DNA of 64,000 bases, from assembly GCA_951406725.2 (NCBI GenBank), contig OX597817.1, forward strand, positions 7,750,001 through 7,814,000. Direction: 5' to 3'. A model generated the notes under the pieces. That model was not told where the DNA came from, made no database searches, and was given only the letters and a program-made list of their open reading frames with translations. This document shows positions 1-11,677 of this stretch, in pieces (position 1 is the stretch's first letter; every line of letters begins with the position of its first letter). Source of the stretch: Octopus vulgaris (lineage: Eukaryota). The translations under genes were made by a program, and so were the position numbers.

Positions 1-1004
1 GCACCCCAATTCCCAGTGGAGTGCAAAGTAAAATAGAACATGACGAGGGATAATCTGAAGTGAGAATATTAATGAAGCAAATTATTTCGAATTAGATTTT
101 TTTAAAGTTAGAGCTAATTCAGATTCTGTTTCTCATGTTGATGTATATATATATATTATGTTGATGTATCATTTATAACATTGCTAGCATAAATATGAGG
201 TGAGATAAAGTGTGGTGTGGTGTGATAGGATGCGTGCGTGTTTGTTTGTCATAGTATGTGTGCGCGTGTGTTGGTGAATATATATGTACCATATCTCTAA
301 TTTTTTATATTTTCAAAAGCGTGTACTAAAACGTATCTACAAGTACATATCGAAAATTTTGCTCCTATGCGTAAATTTATAAATAGACAGACAGAAAGTC
401 AAAGAGGTAGATAGGTGGATGGGTGGGTAGATAGGTAGGTAGGTAGGTAGGCAGTGATGTTTGTTTGAATGTGTAACAGTATCAGTTCTATACATAACCA
501 TTTTTAACATTATACGTGTGTTGTATGTAATCCTGAGAGATAACAGGATTAAGGTATAAATATGGATTCATATCCTAGATTAACATATATGTGTGTAAAA
601 ATACATTCATATATCGATATACATGTATGTATATACATACATCGATATACGTTCATGTATGTATGTGTGTGTGTGTGTGTGTCTGTGTGTTTGTCTGTGA
701 ATGTTTTTAATACAGGGGAGATTATGAAGAAAATTTATATATGGACGCATTTCCAGCCGCATTTAGTGAGACACTCTATGAAATTAAGTCTGTGAGCGGC
801 TTGAAATGAGGATCGAATCGTGCGCTTTCATTGTTGTTTAACATATTATAAAGATTCACTCTTCTCTTTTTTCCCCAAACTTCCGATGATATTATCCATA
901 AAAATGTTTTGAGCAAGTATGTTTCTGTGTCTAACCATGAACTCACATAATTGTACAAATTTGACGGTCGCATGATGATAACTAAAATACAAATATTAAA
1001 ATGC

Positions 1005-2218
1005 ATACAGTTCTATATTTAAGAGATGAGGAATTATGTACATTATTTACATTTGAGGGATATTTGTCCTCATATTGTTTGTTGTTAACACAATGTTTAG
1101 GCTGATATACCCTCCAACCTTCATCAGGTGTCTTGAGGAAATTTCGAACCAGGGTTCTCATTCCTAAGGTATTTTTCTTCGGGTTAGTAGCCCGCGCTCT
1201 TAACCACTACGCCATATGCCCGTGGACAATTACGGAGTGAATTTTAAGGCTTACAAATCTGATATTTTTCGGTCCTTCCTTAATACCAGTTCCCATATGC
1301 TGTTCCTATCTGTACTTGGTCTGCTTAGGAGGTTGTTGTGTCCAAGCATATGTGCTGCTTCTTTTAGTTTTCGTATTTTCCAGTGGTGTTCTCTGTCTAT
1401 TATTTTAACTTCATCCTACAGCGGGAGGTGGTCTCCATTTTTCCATACATCATCAGCTATACCCGATTTATCAATATCTCCTCGTGTCACAGCTTTGCGA
1501 TGTTCGTCTACCCTTATTTTGAGGGGCCGAAATGTTTCGCCTTTATATAACCTGTTAGATCATGTGAACTCAATAAATCCATCCATACAGTTGACAATGG
1601 AAAAAGAAAAAAATACAATCAGCTGGAATTCCTGGACTTATTAATAACACACACCAAGTATGGATTCAGGACATCCGTATACCGCAAGCCGACCTCCACT
1701 GGACGACACCTCAACTTCAATTCCCACCATCCATACAGTGTAAAGTGATCCTTGTTCTTGATCAAGATCTGTAACAATTTCCTCTCTGTTTTCAGAATTG
1801 GGTCTTTCTTTTCTTTGCTGTAGTTACCATCACTTATAAGACTTGCCAGTTTTTCCGAGTTGTCAGACTTGTTCATCACCATTGCAGCTTTTCCTTGTCT
1901 GCTGGAAGTATTATGATGGAATTGTCACTCTGTAGTCTTTTGATAGTGAACGTTTCTTCCTTAGCGATGTTTGGTTTGGAAAGTTTCGCTTTTTCTAGTA
2001 CATGTGTCGCACTTTCTACCTTAGGTCATCTCCCCGAGCTTTGGTTTCTTTATAGCTAGCTCTTCAATAGGGGCTATTATGTCCAAGTATTGAATACGCT
2101 TGATGGTTGTCGCAAAATTGAGACCTTTGTTCAGTACTGCTTCTAGAAAGCTCTGAAGAAGCAATACTGAACAAAGGTCTCAACTTTGCGACAACCATCA
2201 AGTGTATTCCATATTGGA
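1005..2218 (-). mobile_element. Rearranged Penelope-like retroelement relic (RT N-terminus, inverted RT thumb segment, GIY-YIG endonuclease, 3' pLTR with hammerhead)
   Basis: Minus 1290-1548 reads YKGETFRPLKIRVDEHRKAVTRGDIDKSGIADDVW..IIDREHHWKIRKLKEAAHM (PLE GIY-YIG). Plus 1550-1745 reads LLDHVNSINPSIQLTMEKEK/LEFLDLLI..VYRKPTSTGRHLNFNSHHP (PLE RT thumb). Minus 1745-2145 reads LNKGLNF..IIILPADK..VMNKSD. Stops and frameshifts are present. Confidence 0.9.
1088..1131 (-). ncRNA. Degenerate minimal type I hammerhead ribozyme motif
   Basis: Minus strand ACAC-CTGATGA-A-GGTTG(loop)CAGCC-TAAAC-ATT-GTGT. Stems I and II pair, but the GAAA box reads TAAA, so this copy is probably inactive. Confidence 0.7.
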
Positions 2219-3029
2219 TAGGTAGATGGATAGATAGATGATTCTATATATGTGAGTACTATAAATTATAAATACACATACCCATGCATATATGCCTATC
2301 TTTAGGAGTTGTATAAGCGTTTTCATTTGCAGATTTCAAGCCGGTCGCTAACGAAGTAGGCAAAGCTTTTCCTGTTTAAGTCAAGACATCTCTTGGAGTT
2401 TGTGTTTATCTGAATTGGTTAATGAATACATATATGTGTGTGCATATGTGTATGCGGATAAACTTGCACTTGTGTAGTGGATGCACGTGTCACTTTAGTC
2501 CACGAATGCGAGCAAGTCATTACTACGTATTTGTGTACGTGTGTATTTCATGCGTATTTTATTGTGCGCACATGATAACCCCAAGCATCTTAAATGTTAT
2601 ATATTGTCTTAGTGAAACGTCATATGGTGTTTGAAAGCAATACGTTGATGACATTTTGGGTGCCTGCTGACCACATGTGTGATGGAAATATTCTACAATC
2701 GACATTTTCTGGTGCATGGAGGGGCTTCCGGGGTTTCACTGTCTCGTTTGTTTATTAGTATTTTGCAACAATCTGTTACTCTTGTATTGCAAACGCATAG
2801 ACATCGAAATGTGATGTAGATGTCGCGAGTCAAAGAAAAGCTGCACTTCGTTTCGATTTAGTGTCTTCAAGACTTCGAGAGGATTTGTGAGGTCCGTGTC
2901 TTCTTTTTACAACGCAGATATGCAAACGTGTGTGTACAAATATGGATATTTATCTACATACCCACATATGTGTATATGTACATATATAGATTCATATATG
3001 TGCGCATATATATATATACATACATATGA

Positions 3030-3073
<44 letters not shown>

Positions 3074-3206
3074 CATATATACATATATATTACATACACA
3101 TCATATATATATATATATAAATATATATGCATACATATATGTGTGCATATACATATATACATATATATGAGTGTATATATATATATCGCATATATATATA
3201 TATATA

Positions 3207-3703
3207 CTAGCAGTATCGCCCGGCGTTGCTCGGGTTTGTAAGGGAAATAACTATATAAGCATTTTTAGAGAGTTACTTCCCTTATAGATGCCAATTCGGG
3301 CTTTCTTAGCCATTTCTGTTTTGGTGTCTTCAAGCCATGAAGTCGTTGTTCTAAAAGAACGCTGGTCTCTTTGACAACGCTTTACGACGTTGATTTCCTT
3401 ACACTCCCTTCCCTACAGCTTCACGAGGGAGGAAAGAAGGGGGAGAAGCAAACAGGTGCAGGTGTGACCATGGACGCCAACTCCGCCGCCATCGACACAC
3501 GAAAATTTATGCATTAAAATGGAATAAAAAATGATGTTAAATTATTTTTAAAATCGTAGACTCATCGTGGACGCGCGCTAATACTCAGACGGGCTCGATA
3601 TGAATCACGACTATAAGATACCCGAATTTGGTTAAACTGCACCGCAAAATGTGGGAGTAGTAAGGAATCTAAATCGAAGGGGACAGACACTCACACAACT
3701 ACA

Positions 3704-3712
<9 letters not shown>
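3207..3712 (-). mobile_element. Non-autonomous Helitron (family A, copy 1)
   Basis: On minus it ends CCCGAGCAACGCCGGG hairpin + CGATACTG + CTAG|T. The 5' part (TATAAAACTGTAGTTGTGTGAGTGTCTGTC...) matches the copy at 63213; the 5' terminus runs into (TA)n. Confidence 0.8.
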
Positions 3713-3746
<34 letters not shown>

Positions 3747-4886
3747 CATATATATATATATATATATATTATTTGTGTGCGTGTATATGTGTGTATTCCT
3801 CAAATCACACCCTGACTTCTTAAACAAACACCACGAACATTATCTCAGACGACAACAACAACAACAACGTAAATCCCAACAGTAACAATGCAAACATCAA
3901 TCCAATCCAATACAAATTCCTTTAGAAAAATCACGATTCTAAGGGTTGCCAAGGATTTCGTCCTGTGTAAATATTTATCCATCAGTTAATATCATATCAA
4001 AACGTGTATCATAGATGATAATCTTATTGCTATTGTCGTCATCACAACAATCATCAACAGTATAATACAAATTTTAGGTTCGATTCCATATCGGATTTTT
4101 TAATTATTTTTTTACGTCTTCTCATTTCGTATTTCTATGATTTTATTGGTCTAAGTTCCCCTCTGAGCTTTTTTTTTTTTCTTGTAAAATTATTTCCATC
4201 TATTTTTTTCTTTTCTATTATTTGTTTTCGAAGCAGTTTTTAATCTAGATTTTTTTTTTCATTTTATCTGTGGGCGAAAGGGGTTATTTTTCTGTTACAT
4301 TCCTAAAGTTGTTTTATATTTTCAACAACTTTCTAGAGAATTCTAGAAATAAATAGACAAGCAGAGAAAAAATTAACACACATAAGACCGAACCATAAAA
4401 AGAAAGGAAAAGAAGAGATAAAATTTTAAAAAGAAGGTATAAAGTTGTTTCCTAAACTAATAAATCTTACATAGCACCAGTTGGGTATTCTGATAGTTGC
4501 TGACTTTTAGAGGGTCAATAGATGTCTACCTTGTATGTGTGCATATGTATGCACCTACGTATATATATATGTATATATGATATATATATGATATATATAT
4601 ATATATATATACATACATACATACGTATGTATGTATGTATGTATGTATGTATGTATGTATGTATGTATGTATGCGTATGTATATATATAAATGTATCCAT
4701 GTTTATCTATGTGCATATACATATGAGAATATATCTGCGCATGTATAAAAATGTTGTGCGTACGTATTTGCTTGTGTGTATTTATGTTTGACTGGATCTT
4801 TCTTTTCACTTGTTTCCTCCTATATATCTCAATTTATTCACTTAATCTATATGCATGTGTTTATACACACACACGCACACAGGCAG

Positions 4887-4965
<79 letters not shown>

Positions 4966-5061
4966 TACGTGTGTGTTACTGTGTGTACTTATAAATATAT
5001 GTACATATGCTTATGTGAATTTGTACATGGCTTGGTGTATGAGTATACGTTTATGCATGCA

Positions 5062-5077
5062 GATAGATAGATAGGTT

Positions 5078-5176
<99 letters not shown>
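5062..5176. repeat. (GATA)n microsatellite
   Basis: Read directly from the sequence. Confidence 0.97.
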
Positions 5177-6209
5177 GTATATATTAATGCAACACATATA
5201 CATTTATATACACACGTTGGCTGTTTCCTCTTTCTCAATAATATTTCGAATGCCCAAGGCAAACATCGAAAACTTAGCATTTGCTTGCTTTCTGAAAAAA
5301 AAATCTTCATTTCTGATTTTCTTAGAGTGATGTTGTTTGTCTGTGCCAGGAGAATTGACTTTTTTCTTCTTCAGATCTGATCCTACTCTTCCTCTCTCTA
5401 CATCTGACGTATCCTCTCTATATTTACAGAGCTCTCTTTTTCTCGCTGTTTTTTCTTCTTTTGTATTTCTCTTCCCATTTGTCCAATTTGATTGCTTAAT
5501 CTAAGCTTCCATCTATTGCAAGAATATCAGCATTAATATTCTAGTGCGTACTATAAAAATAGTTGTAAGACGATGATGCCGGTTTCTGTTTCATACTAAA
5601 GCTTCTTCATATTATTTATGTACCTAACATCATTGAGAAACGTCTATCCACCCCTGCCACCCACTAATAAGAAATACATTTTTTGTATCCTATAGAGTGA
5701 GCGAAATTCCTTGGTTCTTTTTAAAGTTGCTGACCGACATTAAGATCAAATGAAATGCCAAAGATGACAACCTGAATTTGAAGTGGGTCGTTAAACAAGG
5801 AGATTAATTATTACTCAGCTCGTTACTATTTGTCCATACAGTCTAGGTAATAGTATCACAATAAATTATAGTACTGTAACAGTAATAATAATGGTTTTAA
5901 GTTTTGGCACAAGACCAGAAATTTTAAGAAGCTGAGTAAATTGCATGATTATATATTTTATGGTTTAAGTTTGAATATATTCGAAATAAAAAAGGATTGA
6001 AGTTTAAGTTTTATATTATATATTTGAGAGGATTAATAGAGTTCATTGATTAATCATCATTAGTAGTGTTCAGGCAAATTCTTGCAAGAAGCAAATCAAT
6101 TCTATGAATGTTGCCCCAATGTAACATAGCCAACGAGCTTACTAGTATTGTCTATTATTTAATGTTCAAAGTTTCTTTGTCAAGAAAAGACTTACAATCA
6201 TTAGGAGAT

Positions 6210-6330
6210 AACTCTGATAACTTTGATAGGTTTCGACCAGTATAGGCCCAGGCCATGTCTAACTTAATAGCACCACCTGGTGAAGTCTTTTAGTTATATA
6301 TGAGACACCATGGCCCACTCTAGCAAAGAG
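6210..6330 (-). mobile_element. 3' end of a CR1-group LINE
   Basis: Minus reads SLLEWAMVSHI* then a 3' UTR GGTGGTGC..CATGGCC..GGTCGAAAC and a TATCA-type tail. Homologous to the LINE end at 17100-17400. Confidence 0.65.
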
Positions 6331-6375
6331 ATATTATTGTTGAAGACATATCCGGATATATATAAAGAATGTGGA

Positions 6376-6570
6376 AGACGGCGAGCTGGCAGAAACGTTA
6401 GCGCGCCGGGCGAAATGCTTAGCGGTATCTCGTCTGTCGTTACGTTCTGAGTTCAAATTCCGCCGAGGTCGACTTTGCCTTTCATCCTTTCGGAGTCGAT
6501 AAAATAAAGTACCAGTTTGTCTGTCCTTGTTTGTCCTCTCTATGTTTAGCCCCTTGTGGGCAATAAAGAA
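6376..6570 (+). mobile_element. tRNA-derived SINE with Nin-like domain, 20-bp TSD
   Basis: B box GAGTTCAAATTCC and Nin-like GTCGACTTTGCCTTTCATCCTTTCGGAGTCGATAAAATAAAGTACCAG. Flanked by a perfect ATATATATAAAGAATGTGGA at 6356-6375 and 6571-6590. Confidence 0.9.
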
Positions 6571-6589
6571 ATATATATAAAGAATGTGG

Positions 6590-7720
6590 ACTGACATAAA
6601 ATGTAGAAAGGTTTAAATGCTTTGCAGTATTTTGTTACGTGTTCGAATCCTAGTCGGGTCATTTTTTTTTTTAATCCTCCGCTACCAATCGTAAAATAAA
6701 TATTAGAAATCAACGTGAACTGATACCATCTATAATATCCCTTCTACAAATTCGTAATATCAGAAGTGCAAAAAATTAATTTTACAACACATAGTGGAAG
6801 GTGTTAGTAAAGCAGTAGATAAAATAAGTTGCGGTACATACGTTCTGACTCCAAATTCCGCTGATATAGGTCGCCATTCCATTTTCTCTTTTTTATCGAG
6901 CCCCAAGGACTCATATGGTCAGCTACTCGGTTTTTATGGGGTATGAGTGAACACGGCCATGACATTACTGCTGAAAGAGATACTTATCCGTTCAAAGATT
7001 CAAGTTCAGTAGTTTTAGGAGTGGAAGCAAGTCAGTTACATTGATCTCAGTACTCGACTTGTACTTTATATTATCGACCCGAAAGAAGAAAAGAAAAGTT
7101 GACCTCGGCTGGATTTGAACTCAGAACGTAAAGACCCAGCATTTTATTCGGCGCGTTAATGTTCCTGCCAGCTTGTAAGCTTAACATTTCCATCTTGCTA
7201 GGGTCGACAACTTAAATCGTCAGTCATAAACTGAGGTTGATTTAATCGGCTGTACTCTTCCCTTAAATTTGGGGCGTTGGGCCTATGTAAAAATAAACAT
7301 TAATATGAGATGGTAAATTTGTTAAATCAGAAGAGTGACAGATAAAATATCTAGTGGAAATTTATCATAAACCTTTGCCTTTGATTTCAAATCTCATCAC
7401 AGTCAACTTTGTTTTCCATCTTTCCGTAGACGATAAAATAATTTAGCTGTGAAGTATCTGGGACAATTAAGTTAACTCAGCTCACTAAATTTATAGTCGT
7501 ATGCCTATTTTACAAATCGTTATTCATTATAAAGTTATGGATGAAACAATGATAAGTAAATTGTCACATAAAAGAACTTTCAGTGTTTAGTTACCTCAGT
7601 ATTAAGCGTTCCAATTTGACTAGAGTAGAGTTTGTCTTCCATTTTATTTAAGTACAGTGGTTTCTTTGGTCAATTGTGCCTTGCATCACTAGCTTTGACA
7701 CTGAACCAGTATTATCATTA
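6590..7720. mobile_element. Cluster of old degenerate Nin-type SINE copies (mostly +, one - at ~7030-7175)
   Basis: Recurring decayed motifs GTTC(G/A)AATC..GTC(G/A)ACTTTG..TTCCATC..GATAAAATA near 6640, 6845, 7185, 7385 and 7610. Reverse copy GACCTCGGCTGGATTTGAACTCAGAACGTA at ~7100. Confidence 0.6.
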
Positions 7721-8352
7721 TGTATATATTTCTTAAAATATTTTATATCAGAACTTGTCTTCAGTATTTTCACTTTTCTGTAGTTTGATACGCATAGACA
7801 AATACACAACTATTTACACGTATTCATATACATATACATACATATATATATATATATGTGTGTTTGTGTGTGTGTGTGTGTGTGTGTATACATATAATAT
7901 ATAATATATAATATATGTATGTAACTAATTTAGAGACGAACCACCATTCCACAAGTCAGTCAATGAAGAACCCGTCCAAAACCATGCTGTGAGACATACC
8001 ATACAAAATACTAGTCTAAAATTTTAATAATATATAGTATTGAACAGTAGGATTATTACAATCATATAATATATAAGAGCAAATACTTTTAAAATCTCAG
8101 TGAATACCATACAAAAAAAAAATTCATCATAAAAATATTAATCTCCATAATGAATTAATCATGTTCACAATAATACTCTATTTGAATATTTTAGTTCGTA
8201 ACTTTTGATGATATTAATGTCTTTAACTCAGGAATTACATTACAGGTTTTGTTTCTTTATATATATTTTTTTTATTCCTTATTTTTTTATTCCTTATCAT
8301 ATTATGAGGTAAGTTATACTTTTAGTTTTTAGCTTTTAGGTTTTTTAGGAAT

Positions 8353-8459
8353 TTGACCTGAGGAGTGACTGATCATTTTTCCGTCCTAATGAACTTGGAT
8401 ATGGTTTTCTTATATGATTTTATATAGTCCTAATTCAGCCATGAAACGCGCGTAGTCGA
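8353..8459 (+). ncRNA. Type I hammerhead ribozyme with intact core and long stem II loop
   Basis: TTGAC-CTGAGGA(8358-8364)-GTGACTGA...TCAGCCAT-GAAA(8443-8446)-CGCGCG-TA-GTCGA. Stem I is 5 bp, stem II pairs 7 of 8, stem III is the palindrome ACGCGCGT, and the cleavage triplet is GUA. Confidence 0.75.
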
Positions 8460-8699
8460 TGTACAAGTACTTACTTTTATACATTATATTATTGTATTAT
8501 TTATATTATATGTTATATATTACGAAATTCAGTCTAATATTATTATACTGAATATTACCTGTAAGGTTGAAGTGTCAGGTAATGCTGAGTAAGTGCCGTG
8601 GAAGACTATAGTTAAGCTCTAGGTTCGATGATTATACGAATGAGGAGTCCAACGTAGGTCGTATATTAGCATGCATATATATAAAAAATTAACAGAAAG

Positions 8700-9600
8700 A
8701 GATTTAAAAATCCAAGGCTATGAAAGATTTCAGAACATTTATATAGAGAAGGTCTTACAGCAGTTTCCGGGATATTTTATATATATCCCGTCATCAGAGA
8801 CGGTGCGAGAAAATGGTTAAGCAATAGTTACTATAGGGAAGATATGAAATGCAGAGTGAAGTGGAGGAAGGAAAATAGAAGTGAGATACGTAAGGATATT
8901 GTATCCGTAGTTTCATTATTTCAGCAGAATGGTGTATATATATGTTCCCTGTACCTTGTGTGTGGGTTCCAATGTTGCTTATAATTTGGTCATTCGCAGT
9001 ATAGTCTTGTAAAATGTGTTATTCGAATAACACCTTTTACAAGACTCTATGCTTGGAATGACCAATTATATGTGAATGGTGTATGAGATGTATGGGAGTT
9101 AGTGGTATTAATTGAAGGGTTAGTAGTGTTCTGTATTATGCTATGTGTTCATGTTGAGTTGGGGAAGATATTCATTGATGAAAGTTGCCTCTTTATTCAT
9201 TGTTTGTTGTACTGATGTGTTCTGCGAACATTGATAGAAGGGGAAAATTAGGTAATTAGGATTAAGATTCCTAGCACACCTTTCTATGTGTTCACTAACC
9301 TGTATCTGTCTATATTGTGGTTGGAGAGTGGTTCTTCGACGGAGTGATATTTCTGTTTGGCTAATGTAGTTATTACCACACCCTAAGCAATTAATGTTAC
9401 CTGTGCCTCGAAAAGTCTAGATCGTCGGGCATAAATGACAGAATGGAGCAAGTTTAAGATGGCTATTTGAGAGTAGTAGGTCACATGATGTTGCTGGTAA
9501 AGGATATTGATATGGTAGCATCAGTAGGATATCCCATTTGTATTTCTAGGACCGCTTACTTGAACAGGATGCTGGTTGCGCCTCTTTATCTGGGTGATGG
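8700..9600 (-). mobile_element. Penelope-like (Neptune-type) retroelement relic: GIY-YIG C-terminus plus 3' pLTR
   Basis: Minus ~9395-9150 reads INCLGCGNNYISQTEISLRRRTTL..YRQIQVSEHIERCARNLNPNYLIFPFYQC..KEATFINEYLPQLN. A hammerhead lies downstream at 8752-8801. Boundaries are approximate. Confidence 0.75.
8752..8801 (-). ncRNA. Minimal type I hammerhead ribozyme
   Basis: Minus strand GTCT-CTGATGA-CGGGATAT(ATATAAA)ATATCCCG-GAAA-CTGCTG-TA-AGAC. The core is intact, stem II is a perfect 8 bp, stem I is 4 bp, and stem III is one change from the palindrome ACAGCTGT. Confidence 0.88.
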
Positions 9601-9704
9601 TTTGAGAATTGCTCGCGACATCAGTTCATCTGTGTTTTGGTGGGGTATGCAGCTATGCAGCGAGTACAGCGACTCATACACATACACCGGTACACTCAAC
9701 TTTG

Positions 9705-9752
<48 letters not shown>

Positions 9753-9843
9753 AAGTTGAATGTACTCAAAAATTTGCGTTGTGTGAATATATATATTAAA
9801 GTAATGAAATATCGCTAATTTTCCATTACTTTACATTTTATAT

Positions 9844-10605
9844 GTTAGTTAGTTAGTTAGTTAATTTGGCTCAAAAGCAAATAGCAAGGCCATGTAGGGG
9901 GACATGGAGTTAAGTACAGGGTGGTGTTCATGTAAAGAGTTCAGGCCAGTTGAGGTCCAGGGAGGCTTTGAACAAAGCGGTCGTCGGCATCTTCACCATC
10001 TCGTCTGGCAGCTTGTTCCACGGATCCGCAACCCGGACGGAGAAAGCTCCTCTCCTTCGATTGAGATGAAATCGTCGCAGGTAGAGCTTTTCGGAATGAC
10101 CCCGCAGCCGACGCTCCGGAGCAGGAGTGAAGAACAGCTCTTTCGAGAGGTTACACTTCCCGCTTATGATGTTGTGTGCGAGAATGAGATCACCACGGCG
10201 GCGGCGTTTTTCAAGCGTCCTCAGCCTTTCTTCGTAGGACAAATTTTTGAGACCATGAACCATGCGGGTAGCCAGCCTCTGGACTCTTTCGAGATGCTGT
10301 ATGTCTTTGAGGAGATAAGGAGAAGAGGCTTGAATCCCATACTCCAATATGGGTCTCACCAGCGTGACATAGAGTGGTAGGAATATGGCTGCTGTGAGCA
10401 TTCCGAATGACCGTCGAATCAAAAACAGAATTCCGCGCGCTTCGTTGGCAGCATGGACGCACTGAGCCGAAGGCGAAAAGGAGGAATCCACCAAGATACC
10501 CAGGTCCTTTACCTGATCGGTCCTCTCCAGCAGCAGACGACCCGGCTCGAAATCAAGTTGAGTTGCAGGAGTAGAGCCGACAGGCAGATGACAGCACTTT
10601 GACAA
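9844..10605 (-). mobile_element. Young 5'-truncated CR1-group LINE (RT C-terminal region) with (TAAC)n tail
   Basis: ORF 9928-10605 has no stops: VKDLGILVD..LYVTLVRPILEY..LERVQRLATR..LSYEERL..RRRGDLI..RLRGH..FSVRVADPWNKLP. It has a short 3' UTR, (GTTA)n at 9844-9863 on plus, and is GC-rich against the flanks. Confidence 0.93.
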
Positions 10606-11424
10606 ATTGAGTATTCTTCAAATGCCTGAGATTGGAGAAGTTTTCACTAAATTATTTGGTGCAGTGTTGTGCTAAGCTACGGCATATACTAAATTGAGTA
10701 TTCTTCGAATGCATTCGATTGGAGAGGCTTTTACTCGAATGACGGTTTAAATTAAGTATTCTTTAATCGTTAGCCAACCAGTAAACACACACACAGCTCA
10801 AGGTTAAAGCATTTTATCTATAATCTGCATTCATCGGTCAATTGAAATTAGATAGGAAAACTTTGTGAATATGCCTACATTTGGTGAAATAGTATTCTTT
10901 TCTAGCACGCATAATTATTTCTATGGTTGCTGATGTAATATTCATTAGCAAATGTTAATGCACTGATAAATAATTGTTTGAAGATGGAAGCATAAACTAA
11001 CAATTCCTTTTGTTGTTAATACTACTGGAACCGACTGACTGCAGTATTGTTATTATTGTCGACGGTTTGTGGCTTTCCTGCTTTTGACAGTTACATGATT
11101 TAGGATGTATTTACTAATTAATCCGATTAAACCAGGTGTTTAAGATCCTTAATGCATGCTGAACAATTATATGTTCTTGCTTCAAAATTCTTAATGATTA
11201 GTGAGTTACATAATTTGGAAATCTACTGGTAAAGCTATATACAGACTATGCAATAAGACTTGGGTACCCCTGTTTTATTGCAACATTTAAATGAATTAAA
11301 TCATTGCAAAATTTAAATGAATTAAATTGATATTGAACATTTACTGCGCATTTGCGAAGTTGTCAAAGCGAAAGCTAATAAAGTTATTTTTCTAATGATA
11401 ATTGTGCTTCCCATGCAATCATAC

Positions 11425-11620
11425 AGGCGCAGACATGGCTGTGATATAAGAAACTTGCTTTCCAACTACATGTTTCTGGGTTCGGCCCCACAGCATGGCA
11501 CCTTAGGCAAGTCTCCTTTACCATAGCCTCGGGTCGACCAAAGCCTTGTGAGTGGATTTAGTAGACGGAAATTGAAAGAGGTCTGTCGTATAAATGTCGG
11601 TCTATGTTTGTGTGTGTGTG

Positions 11621-11677
<57 letters not shown>

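Noticed and set aside
1216-1644. 142-aa plus-strand ORF
   Set aside because: It is antisense to the GIY-YIG frame and fused to an inverted RT fragment, so not a gene.
9904-10380. 158-aa plus-strand ORF
   Set aside because: It is the antisense shadow of the CR1-group RT frame.
10604-10765. Two to three decayed direct repeats beginning AAATTGAGTATTCTTC
   Set aside because: A short local duplication with no TSD relationship to the adjacent LINE and no further structure.
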